This document shows, piece by piece, positions 48,846 to 60,192 of a stretch of 64,000 nucleotides of DNA. How positions within the stretch are numbered: the first letter of the stretch is position 1; every line of letters starts with the position of its first letter. Below the pieces are notes generated by a model that was not told the DNA's origin, did not search any database, and saw only the letters and a program-made list of their open reading frames with translations. The DNA comes from Azolla caroliniana (taxonomy: Eukaryota > Plantae > Polypodiophyta), in assembly GCA_043228905.1 (NCBI GenBank), contig JBHGNT010000012.1, positions 9,982,001-10,046,000 on the forward strand, written 5' to 3'. Position numbers and translations under genes: made by a program.

Positions 48846-49544
48846 TCATGCCCGTAACATACTCCCCCTCTTTAAAACATTGCACTCTTGCAATGGAAAG
48901 TTAGGGAAATTAGTTCTGAGAGTATTTTCGCGTTCCCATGTGGCATCTTTTATTGATTTATCCATCCATTTTATTTTAAATTCTCGGATTTCTTTAGTAT
49001 GTAATTTTTTTGTTTTAAGATCGAGAATTCTTTCTGGTACATGTGGTTTAGAAGATAATTCTTCAGAAGTAACTAGAGTTTCAGTTGTAACTGTATTGTC
49101 GCCAGAACCTAGAAGTTCTTTTAGATGACTCACATGAAAGACTGGATGAATTCCAACACCATCGGGAAGATCGAGACGATAGGCTGATGACCCAATGCGT
49201 TTGAGGACTGTAAAAGGTCCACAAAATGGTGGGGCTAACTTAGCGCACTTACCTGTAGACAATGTCTTAGAATTGTGAGGTACACGTAAAAATACCTTCT
49301 GTCCAAGGTTGAATACACGAGGTTGCCTATGATGATCGGCATAAAAACGCGCTCTATCTTGAGCTGTTTTTATATTATCTCGTGCAATATGCAACATATC
49401 TTGCATATCCCGAAGAAAGTTTTGCGTACTTTGCAACAAATCATGATGTATATTAACATCAATCGGGGCTCGTGGCTGAAAACGATACATCAACATAAAA
49501 GGACTATATCCTGTCGACGTATGCTTGGAGCTGCTATAAGCAAA
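48846..49544 (-). pseudogene. G2 integrase C-terminus with GPY/F motif and chromodomain
   Basis: KLAPPFCGPF..AYRLDLP..IHPVFHVSHLK; PERILD..EFKIKW..DATWE. Confidence 0.92.
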
Positions 49545-51036
49545 AGTTCAAGACATCACTCAAAGTATCTCCAAGTCCCTCATATGTGAAGTCAGCATTC
49601 TGCCCTGTTTCTCCATCAACTGCTTCCTTATCATTCAGAGTGTGATACTCCCAATTCTGAATGTATGCTTTGTTTAGACAATATCTCCAATTTCCCTGCA
49701 CACAATGGAAGCAAAAACAAGTCAATTCTCTAACCGCAATACAATGACCATCCAACCTGGAATAACCGCGAACAGCATGCAGAGATCGCAATTCGGGAAT
49801 TCCTTGGCACTCCCAGGTCTTCTCCCTATTTACTTCATCTATCTTCACTTCCCAAAATTCACGTTTGATATCTCGAACTTGCGAGGAATAAACACCTGTG
49901 GCACTCGTCGACATATTTGTTCTTAAAAATTCAACTACATGTGATGCACAATTCATGTGCACACCATCTGTCTTTAGTTGTTCATGGGTAAGTGCCCGCT
50001 TTATAACAGCCCCTGCACCATCATGTTCACCTTTACCATGGCCAGACCCAAAAAAATTCCATCTCATCTCCAAACCTGTTATAGCAGGATACCTCCCCAC
50101 AAAATAAAATGGACGTCGAGCCTTGAATTGTGACGCAGCTTCGTCAGACCAGACCCAATGTTGAGTAAGCTCCAAACATTGAGCTAATAACCACTGCCAA
50201 TGTAACTTAAAACAGTGTTGGACGAACAAGGTATCATGCTTCTTATCATCGGAAATAAAGAAATGAATTACTTTTTTAACATCACCTGAAACTCGAAAAT
50301 ATGTTATGTGCACAAAAATGGTTACCTGAACTGAACACCAATGCATAGATTGAATTTCATTCTGCTGCTTGAAAGTATAATTCTCTGCGAAATCTACTAC
50401 TGAGACTACTACATCATTTGGGAAATCAGATATGCAAGTCTTAAACTGATGGGCCTGCCATGAATAAATGAAGTTGTGTTTAATGAACTTTCCTAGAGAT
50501 ACTACAAACAGAGACACCAAATCCCTTGGTTTAAGCATCTTCCGAACTAGATCCTTTCTTTTACACACCTTTCCTTCGAAATTGGTGTTCACTGACTCAA
50601 ATAACTTCACAGAGATCAATATTTCACTACTCAATTCATTTGGACACCACCTAAATCTAGTAGGGCCACAATCTTGACATAAACCCATGACACATTTATG
50701 AATATGGAAGATAGCGTCAGATTCTCTCGGACACAATATTGAATCTAATAAATAACTCATGGAAGAGATAACGTGCTCAGATGATTTACACTCCTCTTGC
50801 GGGCTTGATCGACAGATTTGGCACCCACATGTGCAAACTGTATTAGTTAGGGATGCGCTATGGTGACGTAGTAGATTAACAGAGTCCTTCAGAAAACCCA
50901 TCTGTACATGGTAAATGCAACAACATGTGTATCGATCCTTTAAGCGTCTCACAAAGTGTGGCTTAAGAGACTCGAATGTTCGTAGTTGAACTTTGATAGT
51001 TGGATGCATTCGTTTGAACCTAATAAATAAATCGAC
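49545..51036 (-). CDS. Transposase exon 2 (Cys-rich region and catalytic core)
   Basis: Acceptor CTAAT..TCCCCTTTATTACGCAG|GTC in phase with exon 1; motifs CCCIYH, DFAENY..EIQSMHW, ISDDKKHD, WSDEAASQFK, HGKGEHDGAGAVIKR, CFCFHC. Confidence 0.85.
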
Positions 51037-51069
51037 CTGCGTAATAAAGGGGAATTAGTTATTCTCGTA

Positions 51070-52302
51070 ACTAGCTAACTATCCTAGTAGCTAATTAGCT
51101 ATTCTAGTAGCTAGTTAGCTATTCTAGTAGCTAGTTAGCTATTCTAGTAGCTAATTAGCTATCATGGTAGCTAATTAGTTGTCCTAGTAGCTAATTAGCT
51201 ATCATGGTAGTTAATTAGCTGTCGTAGTAGCTAATTAGCTATCATGGTAGCTAATTAGCTATTCTAGTAGCCAATTAGCTGTCGTAGTAGCTAATTAGCT
51301 ATCATGGTAGCTAATTAGCTGTCCTAGTAGCTAATTGGTTGTCCTAGTAGCTAATTAGCTATCATGGTAGCTAATTAGCTGTCGTAGTAGCTAATTAGCT
51401 GTCGTGGTAGCTAATTAGCTATTCTAGTAGCTAATTAGCTATTCTAGTAGCTAATTAGCTATCATGGTAGCTAATTAGCTGTCGTAGTAGCTAATTAGCT
51501 ATCATGGTAGCTAATTAGCTGTCATAGTAGCTAATTAGCTATCATGGTAGCTAATTAGCTATTCTAGTAGCTAATTAGCTATTCTAGTAGCTAATTGGGT
51601 TTAGGGTTTAGGGCTATCATGGTAGCTAATTAGCTGTCGTAGTAGCTAATTAGCTATCATGGTAGCTAATTAGCTGTCCTAGTAGCTAATTAGTTGTCCT
51701 AGTAGCTAATTAGCTATCATGGTGGCTAATTAGCTTGTCTACTAGCTAATTAGCTATCATGGTGGCTAATTAGCTTTCCTAGTAACTAATTAGCTATCAT
51801 GGTAGCTAATTAGCTGGTCTAGTAGCTAATTAGCTATCGTGGTAGCTAATTAGCTGGTCTAGTAGCTAATTAGCTATAATGGTGGCTGATTAGCTTTCCT
51901 AGTAACTAAATAGCTATCATGGTAGCTAATTAGCTGGTATAGTAGCTAATTAGCTATCATGGTAGCTAATTAGCTGGTATAGTAGCTAATTAGCTATCAT
52001 GGTAGCTAATTAGCTATCACGGTGGCTAATTAGCTGTCCTAGTAACTAATTAGCTATCATGGTAGCTAATTAGCTGGTCTAGTAGCTAATTAGCTATAAT
52101 GGTGGCTAATTAGCTATCCTAACTAATTAGCTATCATGGTAGTAGCTATTGAGAGTAGCCAGTTACCTATGTAGTAGCTATCATAGTAGCTAATTAGCTA
52201 TCATGGTAGCTAATTAGCTTTCCTAGTAGCTAATTAGCTGGTAATAACGAAATAGCTAACTAGCTACCATGATAGCTAACTAGCTAGCAGTACAGCTAAT
52301 TA
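51070..52302. repeat. 20-bp palindromic tandem repeat (TAGCTAATTAGCTA + 6 nt), about 60 copies, filling the transposase intron
   Basis: Directly visible periodic sequence. Confidence 0.97.
51597..51613 (+). repeat. Plant telomere-type patch GGGTTTAGGGTTTAGGG
   Basis: Exact TTTAGGG repeats interrupting one 20-bp unit. Confidence 0.8.
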
Positions 52303-52326
52303 CCATGTTGAGATAAATGTAAATAC

Positions 52327-53076
52327 CTGAGGTACATCAAGAAGATGAATGGGATGCTCCTCGTATTGATTTCTTCCAACACGTTTCCTGCATAAATCCT
52401 TTTTATTGGGTGAAACCCTACTCTCATTAGTCCAAAACATTGTGATTACATCCTTGATTTCAAATGTTATGGGTGTCATTGGCTTACATCTTGTAGTTAG
52501 CTTTAGTAGACTAGTTCCTTCACCCGAGGAAATTATACGGTTCATTGTATTGTACACTGTTTTTCTACTAACACCAATTACCTTAGATAGCTCACTGATG
52601 TTTATATCGTCAACATCACTATTAAGTAACATCATTAGACTAGACCTTTTTAAGACAAGATCATCTTCTGACCTGCTCATGGATACGAAACTATTACGAA
52701 GATTATTTACTAAAATAGATGATATGTTTGCATTAAGACCATCACAATCAACTAAGTCCTTTATCGATGGATCATTACATATTCCATAAAGTACTACCTT
52801 CTTTTCTTCATTGCTGATGTGCTTGGTTTGAACATTGAAATAGTCTACAACCTTTCTCTCTATGATGGTAGTCGCATTACTTACATTCTCAGCTAAACTA
52901 TCCTTACCTTTACTGAGTGTGGCTTTCGTATCCTTCAACAATTGACGATGTTTCCTTTTTTTTTCTGCCCAATAGTTTCGTATGGCTTGTTGTGTCCTGA
53001 TAACATCATCCCTATCCTTATGATCATTGAGGGGTAATTCTAAACACCCTTCTTCCCCTTCCATTTGGCTAGACAT
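52327..53076 (-). CDS. Transposase exon 1 (250 codons; basic region and HTH-like segment)
   Basis: ISELSKVIGVSRKTVYN; FW..SRVSPNKKD; ends LLDVPQ|GTATTT splice donor. Confidence 0.8.
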
Positions 53077-53409
53077 GTTAAAACCCTAAATTTCCAGAAA
53101 AAAAAACAAGTATTAAAGATGGCTATGGGCAACAACAATACACAAAAATATTCCACACAATACACAAGATTAGACACAACAATACACAAGATAATCAATA
53201 GACAGAAAAGTTATTGCAATCCAAGACCGAACAGTAGAGGATTTCACTCTGTTGGATCCAACAGTTGAGGAGGCGATCCAAGACCGACCAATGGCAACAA
53301 CTGAGTGTAGAATGTTGCCGTTGGATGAGTGAACTCCGTCAAATCGAAATGTGGAAGCAATCCGGGACTGGACAGTAGTGGCAACTGAGTATAGAATGAT
53401 GGCAATGGA

Positions 53410-54145
53410 GGAGAGAACCCCGTCAGATTGAACAGTTACCGATGATGCTTGAAACGCACATAGAAGGCACTTGAGAATAGAGTGGCATAGAGAAGAGAAC
53501 CCCGTCAGATTGAACAGTTACCAATGATGCTTGAAACGCACAGTAGCGGCCCCTAAGTGAGAGTGGAAAAGAGAAGAGAACCCCGTCAGATTGAACAGTT
53601 ACCAATGATGCTTGAAATGCACAGTAGCGGCCCCTGAGTGAGAGTGGAAAAGAGAAGAGAACCCCGTCAGATTGAATAGCTCTTTGATTATGCTTGGAAC
53701 GCACAGTAGCAACCCCTGAGTGTAGAGTGGCAAAGAGAAGAGAACCCCGTCAGATTGAACAGCTCTTTGATGATGCTTGGAACGCACAGCAGCGGCCTCT
53801 GAGTGTAGAGTGGCACAGAGAAGAGAACCCCCTCAGATTGAACAGCTCTTTGATGATGCTTGGAACGCACAGTAATGGCCCCTGAGTGTAGAGTGGCACA
53901 GAGAAGAGAACCCCCTCAGATTGAACAGCTCTTTGATGATGCTTGGAACGCACAGTAATGGCCCCTGAGTGTAGAGTGGCAAAGAGAAGAGAACCCCGTC
54001 AGATTGAACAGCTCTTTGATGATGCTTGGAATGCACAGTAGTGGCCCCTGAGTGTAGAGTGTCACAGAGAAGAGAACCCCGTCAGATTGAGCAGCTCTTT
54101 GATGATGCTTGGAACGCACAGTAGCAGCCCCTCAGTGTAGAGTGG
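53410..54145. repeat. ~83-bp tandem repeat, about 9 copies, upstream of the transposase
   Basis: AGAGAAGAGAACCCCGTCAGATTGAACAG.. recurs every 82-83 bp. Confidence 0.95.
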
Positions 54146-54501
54146 CGGCAGGTGGACTCGATAGGGTTTAGCAACAGTGGTAGCAACTAACCCACAGTAC
54201 TCAACTAGAGATGGCCTACGTGATGTGGCAAAGGATCATGCATAATGGACCTAGGAATTCGATATATAATTTATGGTACACATTTATGGTGCACACATCA
54301 ATTTATGTTGCACATTTATGGCACTCATTTACATATGTAATTAAAACACTCTAGTATTTTCAATGGTAGTTTTTTGCATACTTAATTTATTAATGATGGC
54401 TTTTTACTAAAATGACTATTTATCAATGGTAGCTTTTTGCATAGCTAATTAGCTATGTCAAGGACATAGCTAATTGTTTCCACTCGCATGCTTTCACCGT
54501 T

Positions 54502-54643
54502 CTCCAAAATTGGGAGATAACGTTCCCATTTTGTTGGTTTTGCACCAACGTATGCTCGAAGCATGTCCTCAATAATTTGATTTACTCGTTCTGTCTGTCC
54601 ATCATATTGAGGATGATCCGTGGAGCTCATGCTCAATGTAGTT
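54502..54643 (-). pseudogene. G2 integrase core fragment
   Basis: SSTDHPQYDGQTERVNQIIEDMLRAYV..WERYLPILE. Confidence 0.9.
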
Positions 54644-57600
54644 TACCCGATCCGTCTCGCTTACCGGCTCCGGCTTATTCAGCCGATCCGGCTCCGGTTG
54701 AGCTTGCCGCTCAACACTCCCCCTCAAGCTCAACCTGAGGTGGGGTCGTAGTGTCGACCTCTGTGGCAGTCGGTTCTTCCAACCGACTTTTCCTGGCGTC
54801 ACTCCGCCTTGCTCGCGCTCCTCGTCCGGTCCGGTCCCGTTTGCCGCGATCCCTTTGGTTCTGCGCGCCTCGACCCTCTCGGTCGGCATGTCTGCTCAAT
54901 AGGCCCATGTTAGCACTCACGTTGCTGTGACTCCGGCGCTTGCCAATCCGTCGGTTCTCCCACGATGGCATCAACTTCTGTTGTGTCCGTGTCCCCTTGG
55001 CCTTCAGTCGATCCATCTCATCCGGATCCATCTGTTGATCCGAGTCAGCTGTCTCCGACTCGTTTCAGCTCTTGTCCGAATCGGTACACTCCGATTCGAC
55101 TTCCGGCGTTAGGCCTCTCACCACATCGGACCACTTCCGAGTCTTGGCCTTCTCCATGCTTCCCTCGGCTTCTTCCCTCTGTATCATGGTCAGTACTGTC
55201 GTGATGACCTCCGCACAGCATGCGCTTCTCTTCCTGAGTGCACAACTCTTCTTCACAGCCGCTTGCTCCGACCTGTTCGGATGTGTCGACTTCCTTCATC
55301 TTCTTGTCTCCTCTTCTTCCGGCTCTCCTCTTACCGACGGGTTCAACAGTTTTCTGGCCTTTGCCCGTTTCGGTAGAGACTTTGCCCTTGCTTCTCCCCC
55401 TCAAGTGCGGCACGTCGAGATGCTGAATACCAAGCATGTCGGTAAAGTGCTGCAACTTGTCCGATCCGAGCGGCTTGGTGAAGATGTCGGCAACTTGCCC
55501 ATCCGTATGAACATACCGTAGGTCAACTTCACCGCTCAGGACCTGCTCACGCATGAAGTGGTAGTGCACCTCGATGTGCTTTGTGCGAGCATGGAACACA
55601 GGGTTCCTGGCGAGCTGCAGGCTGCTCATGTTATCGCAGTAAATCGGGATCGGGGTTGGTGCCTCGATCCGCAAGTCTCGCAGCAGTCGCCGAAGCCAGA
55701 TGGCTTCACAAGTGGCTACAGTAGCGGCCCGGTACTCAGCCTCAGTGCTTGACAAAGCCACTGTGGGCTGCTTCCTGCTGCTCCACGCAACAGCCGCGCC
55801 ACCTATGGAGAACATGTATCTGGAAGTGGAGCGGCGATCAGACGCATCGCCGGCCCAGTCAGCATCTGTGTAACCGACAAGCTCTTCAGGTATACCTCGC
55901 CGTTATAGCAGTCCCCGGTCCTTAGTGCCGTTGACATACCGCAATATTCGTTGCGCGCACTGAAGGTGCTCCACGGTCGGCTTCTGCATGAACTGACTTA
56001 CCATGCCGACCGGATAGCTGATGTCGGGTCGGGTGATGGTTAAGTAGATAAGACTTCCAACAACCTGTCGGAACCGTTTCTCATTGCAGGCCGGTCCGGA
56101 GTTGGGACGGAGCTTCTGGTTCCGGTCCAGGGGTGTGGAGACCGGTCAGCAATCCGTCATGCCGAACTTATACAGCATATTCAACACGTAATGTCGTTGT
56201 GAGAGCAATATGCCGTCGAGGGTCCGGATCACTTCGATCCCAAGAAAATAATGAAGGTCCCCCAGGTCCTTCATTTTGAATGAGTCCGACAACTAGGACT
56301 TGACGCGGTTGATTTCGGGAAGACCCGGTCCGGTGATGACTAAATCATCCACATACAAGAGTATACATACCGGACCGTCAGAGCCTTGCCGGATGAACAA
56401 CGAAGAGTCCGACTTAGAGATAGCAAACCCCAGCTTACACAACCAGTGCGTGATCTTCGCGTTCCAAGCTCGGGGGGCTTGCTTCAAGCCGTAATGCGAC
56501 TTCTTCAGTCGGCATACCGCCAATTTGTTCATCTCCGATTGAAACCCAAGGGGCTGAGTCATAAAGACTTCTTCTTCAAGCTCTCCTTGAAGGAAGGCGT
56601 TCTTCACATCCATCTGGTGAAGATGCCACCCCCTTGCCGCAGCAACCGCCAGTACCACACGAACCGTCGTCATCTTCACCACAGGAGCGAAGGTCTCGTC
56701 GTAGTCGATTCCGTGGGTCTGCGCGTATCCCTTCGCCACTAACCGGGCTTTGTACCGGTTAACAGAACTGTCGGCGTTGTACTTGACCTTGTACACCCAC
56801 TTGCATCCGATCGGTTTACAGTGACGGGGTGGATCAACTAGGTCCCAAGTTTCGTTGGCATCGAGTGCCCGCATTTCTTCGTCCATAGCGGCACGCCAAT
56901 TTGCGTCCTTTGCCGCTTCTGCATAGCTCTCCGGCTGACGCACTTCTGTCACCTTAGTCATGTACGCATAATGATGCGCCATGTATTCATTGTACCCATA
57001 CCGCATGACGGGATCTTTCTGACGGGTTGATCGGCGCAACGCACCGTCGCCTGATTTGAGGCCCTTCTTGGCCAGTTCGGTCTTTGTTCCCGAAGATCTG
57101 CCTTTCTCCTTTCCGGAGTCGGATACGCACTGATCCGACTCATCGTTGCCGGTTTCGAAATCCGGCATCTTCCTCTTCCCCTTCTCTTTGCGCGTGAACC
57201 ATTTCCTCAGTTCCTTGCGCGGGGAGAGCACGGCAGAGTCTCCACCACTTGCCGTCTCTTCATTCGACTGGTCCAACCGACTCAGTCGCTCGTTCGGCCC
57301 ACTTAACCGAAATGATTCCTGACTCTCATCTTGAGTCCCGGCTTCATCATCCTCTGCCAGGGCTGATTCAGACTCACTGGCCTGATCTTCCGGCATTGGG
57401 TCGGGATCGGAAGTCGGAGTCGGTACGGAGTACCAGGATGCCGATTCGTCGAACTCGACATCCCTGCTAACTCGGACTCCCTTCGTCCGGGGGTTATAGC
57501 ACTTATACCCCTTTTGCTCTTGAGCATAGCCGACTAGGATGCATTTTTCCGATTTTGCATCCAGCTTTCTCCGCTTCTGATCCGGTACATGCACATACGC

Positions 57601-60192
57601 TATGCTGCCGAATATCCAAAGGTGTCTTAAGTTCGGCTTGCGCCCGAAATACAGCTCATGAGCTGACACCTTGTCACCAATGCGGTTTTGGATGTAGACG
57701 GCCGTCCGGACTGCCTCCGCCCAGTAGAACCGGGGCATGCTCTTCTCCTCCAGCATTGTCCTTGCCGCTTCGACGAGTGTCCGGTTCTTCCTTTCGGCCA
57801 CACCGTGTGTATCTACAGCTGAACTCTCGCCGAATTCCCTTCTGCTGCAGATAACTAGTGAATTGGCCGGAAAAATATTCTTTTCCGACCGAAGGCATTT
57901 GATCTTCCTCTCTGATTCCCTTTCCACCATCTTCTGGAGGCTCCGGAAACAGTCGAAGACTTCGCTCTTCCACTCAATGAGGTAGATCCAAGTATGTCGA
58001 GTATAGTCGTCGATGAAGGAGACGAAGTATCGGCTCCCGCCAAGGCTTACACTTTGTGTCGGTCCCCACACATCCGAATGGATGAGATCGAGCTTGTTAC
58101 GGCTCCGGTTCCGTTCGGTGGGGAATGGAAGCCGGTTTTTCTTCCCAAGTTGGCAGGCTTCACAAATTTCGGCTCTCCGGCCGCTGAACTTCGGCAAACC
58201 GAAAACGACTTGTTTCGTTTGCAGGTCTTGAAACCTCCGGTAGTTGACGTGGCCTATCCGCTTGTGCCACAAGTCGATGTCCGACTCGACCTTCTGTCGT
58301 TTCGTGAACAGAGCGGCGCCAACGTCATTGGTGTTGAGGATAAACATCCTCCCGTCTCTGCGCCCTTGTGCAATGACTTCGCCCTCATCCTCAATGAAGC
58401 ACCCGAGGTGCGTAAACTGCACCTGCATCCCCTGGTCGACAATCTGACCGACGGACACCAGGGTCTTCGTGATTGTCGGAACGTGTAATACGTTCATCGG
58501 CTTCCCTTTCTGTCCGACATGGCTTAGAGGGACTTCTCCGACGTGCACGATTGGGTGAGGAGTGTCGTCTCCGGTTTCGACTACTCCTGGTTGATCCGGT
58601 TTCTCCAGAAAGGAGAACCACTCTTTGTGGCTCGTCATGTGGTTCGACGTGCCGGAATCGACATACCACACTTCCTCCGTTTTGGAAGTGGTCTTCTTCA
58701 TTGAGTTTGCTTTGTGATTCATCACCAAGGCTGGCCCCTTACCGGCCTTTCCGGTTCCGGATCCTCCTGATCCGTTTGCGTAGTGCGAGTTTTGCCGGCC
58801 ATCCTTACCGGTCTTGCCGGATCCGGATTTGTCCGAATCAGCACGCTTTCTCCAACACTCGCTTTCCCTGTGGCCTTTTTTGCCACAGTACCAACATTCC
58901 GTAGAGGATTTGTCTTGCCGGCCTCCGGCACCGCCTTGACTCCCCCTGCTTGTGGAAGTCCCGAAACTGCTGTCGGCACGCTCATAGTGCCTCTGTTCCT
59001 GCTCTTGCCGGCCGCCTCCATTGCGTGCCGACCCACCTCTTCCACCACGCCCACGGAGCGATCCGTTCCCGTGTACAACATTCGGCTGTCCGGGGATGCA
59101 CTGGTAGATGCACCGGCGTGGTTCTCCTCTACAAGGAGCATCGACTGTAAGTCGAAGAATGAGGGGGTATTCTCCCTTGTACACACCGCAGTCCGGAACC
59201 CTCCGAACTTGGACGCCAGGCCTCCGAGACATACCTGCACCATCTCGTCCTCCTCTACGGTAACATTGATAGAGGCGAGCGAGTCGCAGATCTCCTTTAT
59301 CCGGCCTGTGTAGTCTACCACGGACATGTTCTTCTGTCGAACATTGCTCAACTCCTGTCTGAGTTGCAGCTTCCGGGCAGTGGTGCTTGCGGCGAAAACC
59401 TTTTTCAGGTTCCCCCAAGCATCCTTCGGTGTCTTGGCGTCACGGATGTGGTTGAGCAGCTGATCACCGACACTGGACGCGAAGCAGTACATCACCCTGC
59501 TTGCCGCCTGTTCCCATACTGGGAAGTCCTTGTGTGCCGAGTCGGGCGCCGCATCATTCACTCCTTCGACATAACTCCAGTACCCGTGTCCAAGCATGTA
59601 CCGGTGCATCTTGTAAGACCAGGATGCGTAGTTGCTCCTGTCGAGCTTCTCCACCGGGAGCGACGTAGCCATGCCTCTATCCATGTCTTCTACTGTGTCT
59701 GTTTTCGACCTGTTAGGGTTTTCTTCTCAAGAGTAAGTGTCTGCAGCAGAGGTTCTCAACCCTCGCACTCTGATACCATGTAAACGTAAGTGTTTGCGGA
59801 AGCGTAAGACAGAAAACAACACACACAGAGAGAAAGAGAGAGAGACAAAGAGACAGAGAGAGCAGAACACGATTCTGAAAATTATATCAAGACTATGTAC
59901 ACACTCTGTGCCAAGTAGAACTATTTATACAAATCCTCTTGGGATTGACAGAAGTACCATGTACTTCAATGCTCGCACGAGCATTTGACACTTACTACGA
60001 GACTATAGCTACCTAGTAGTCTATCCTATACTAAGCTTCCGATTGGACGTCCGGTTACGGATTGCATCCGGCCTCCACTGCTTGCTGGTTCGGTTGCTCA
60101 CCGTAATAATGATCCGTTTCGCCCAATCCGTCTCGCTTACCGGCTCCGGCTTCTTCAGCCGATCAGGCTCCGGTTCAGCTTGCCGCTCAACA
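54641..60192 (-). mobile_element. Ty1/Copia element E (different family), 3' LTR partly deleted
   Basis: 5' LTR 59779-60192; PBS complement at 59767-59778; 3' LTR remnant ~54641-54716; PPT complement at 54717-54727. Confidence 0.92.
55045..59684 (-). pseudogene. Copia E gag-pol with frameshifts and a stop
   Basis: KLDRSNYASWSYKM; CWYCGKKGHRESEC; WYVDSGTS; IHSDVWGP; DVKNAFLQG; LLYVDDL; SSTEAEY; HARTKHIEVHYHF. Confidence 0.93.

Larger units (their letters stand above)
49545..54504 (-). mobile_element. DNA transposon (Sola2-like), 3' end truncated, inserted in G2 integrase
   Basis: Host INT reads WERYLPILE (54502 up) and FAYSSSKHTSTGYSPF (49544 down). The insert encodes a DDD/E-type transposase, and its minus-strand start is GAGAACGG. 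Confidence 0.7.

Noticed and set aside
53423-54119. Series of similar 60-90 aa ORFs
   Set aside because: They are translations of the 83-bp tandem repeat.
49545-54504. Helitron or captured host gene
   Set aside because: There are no TC..CTRR ends at an AT site and no Rep/helicase motifs; the protein has transposase-type acidic motifs.
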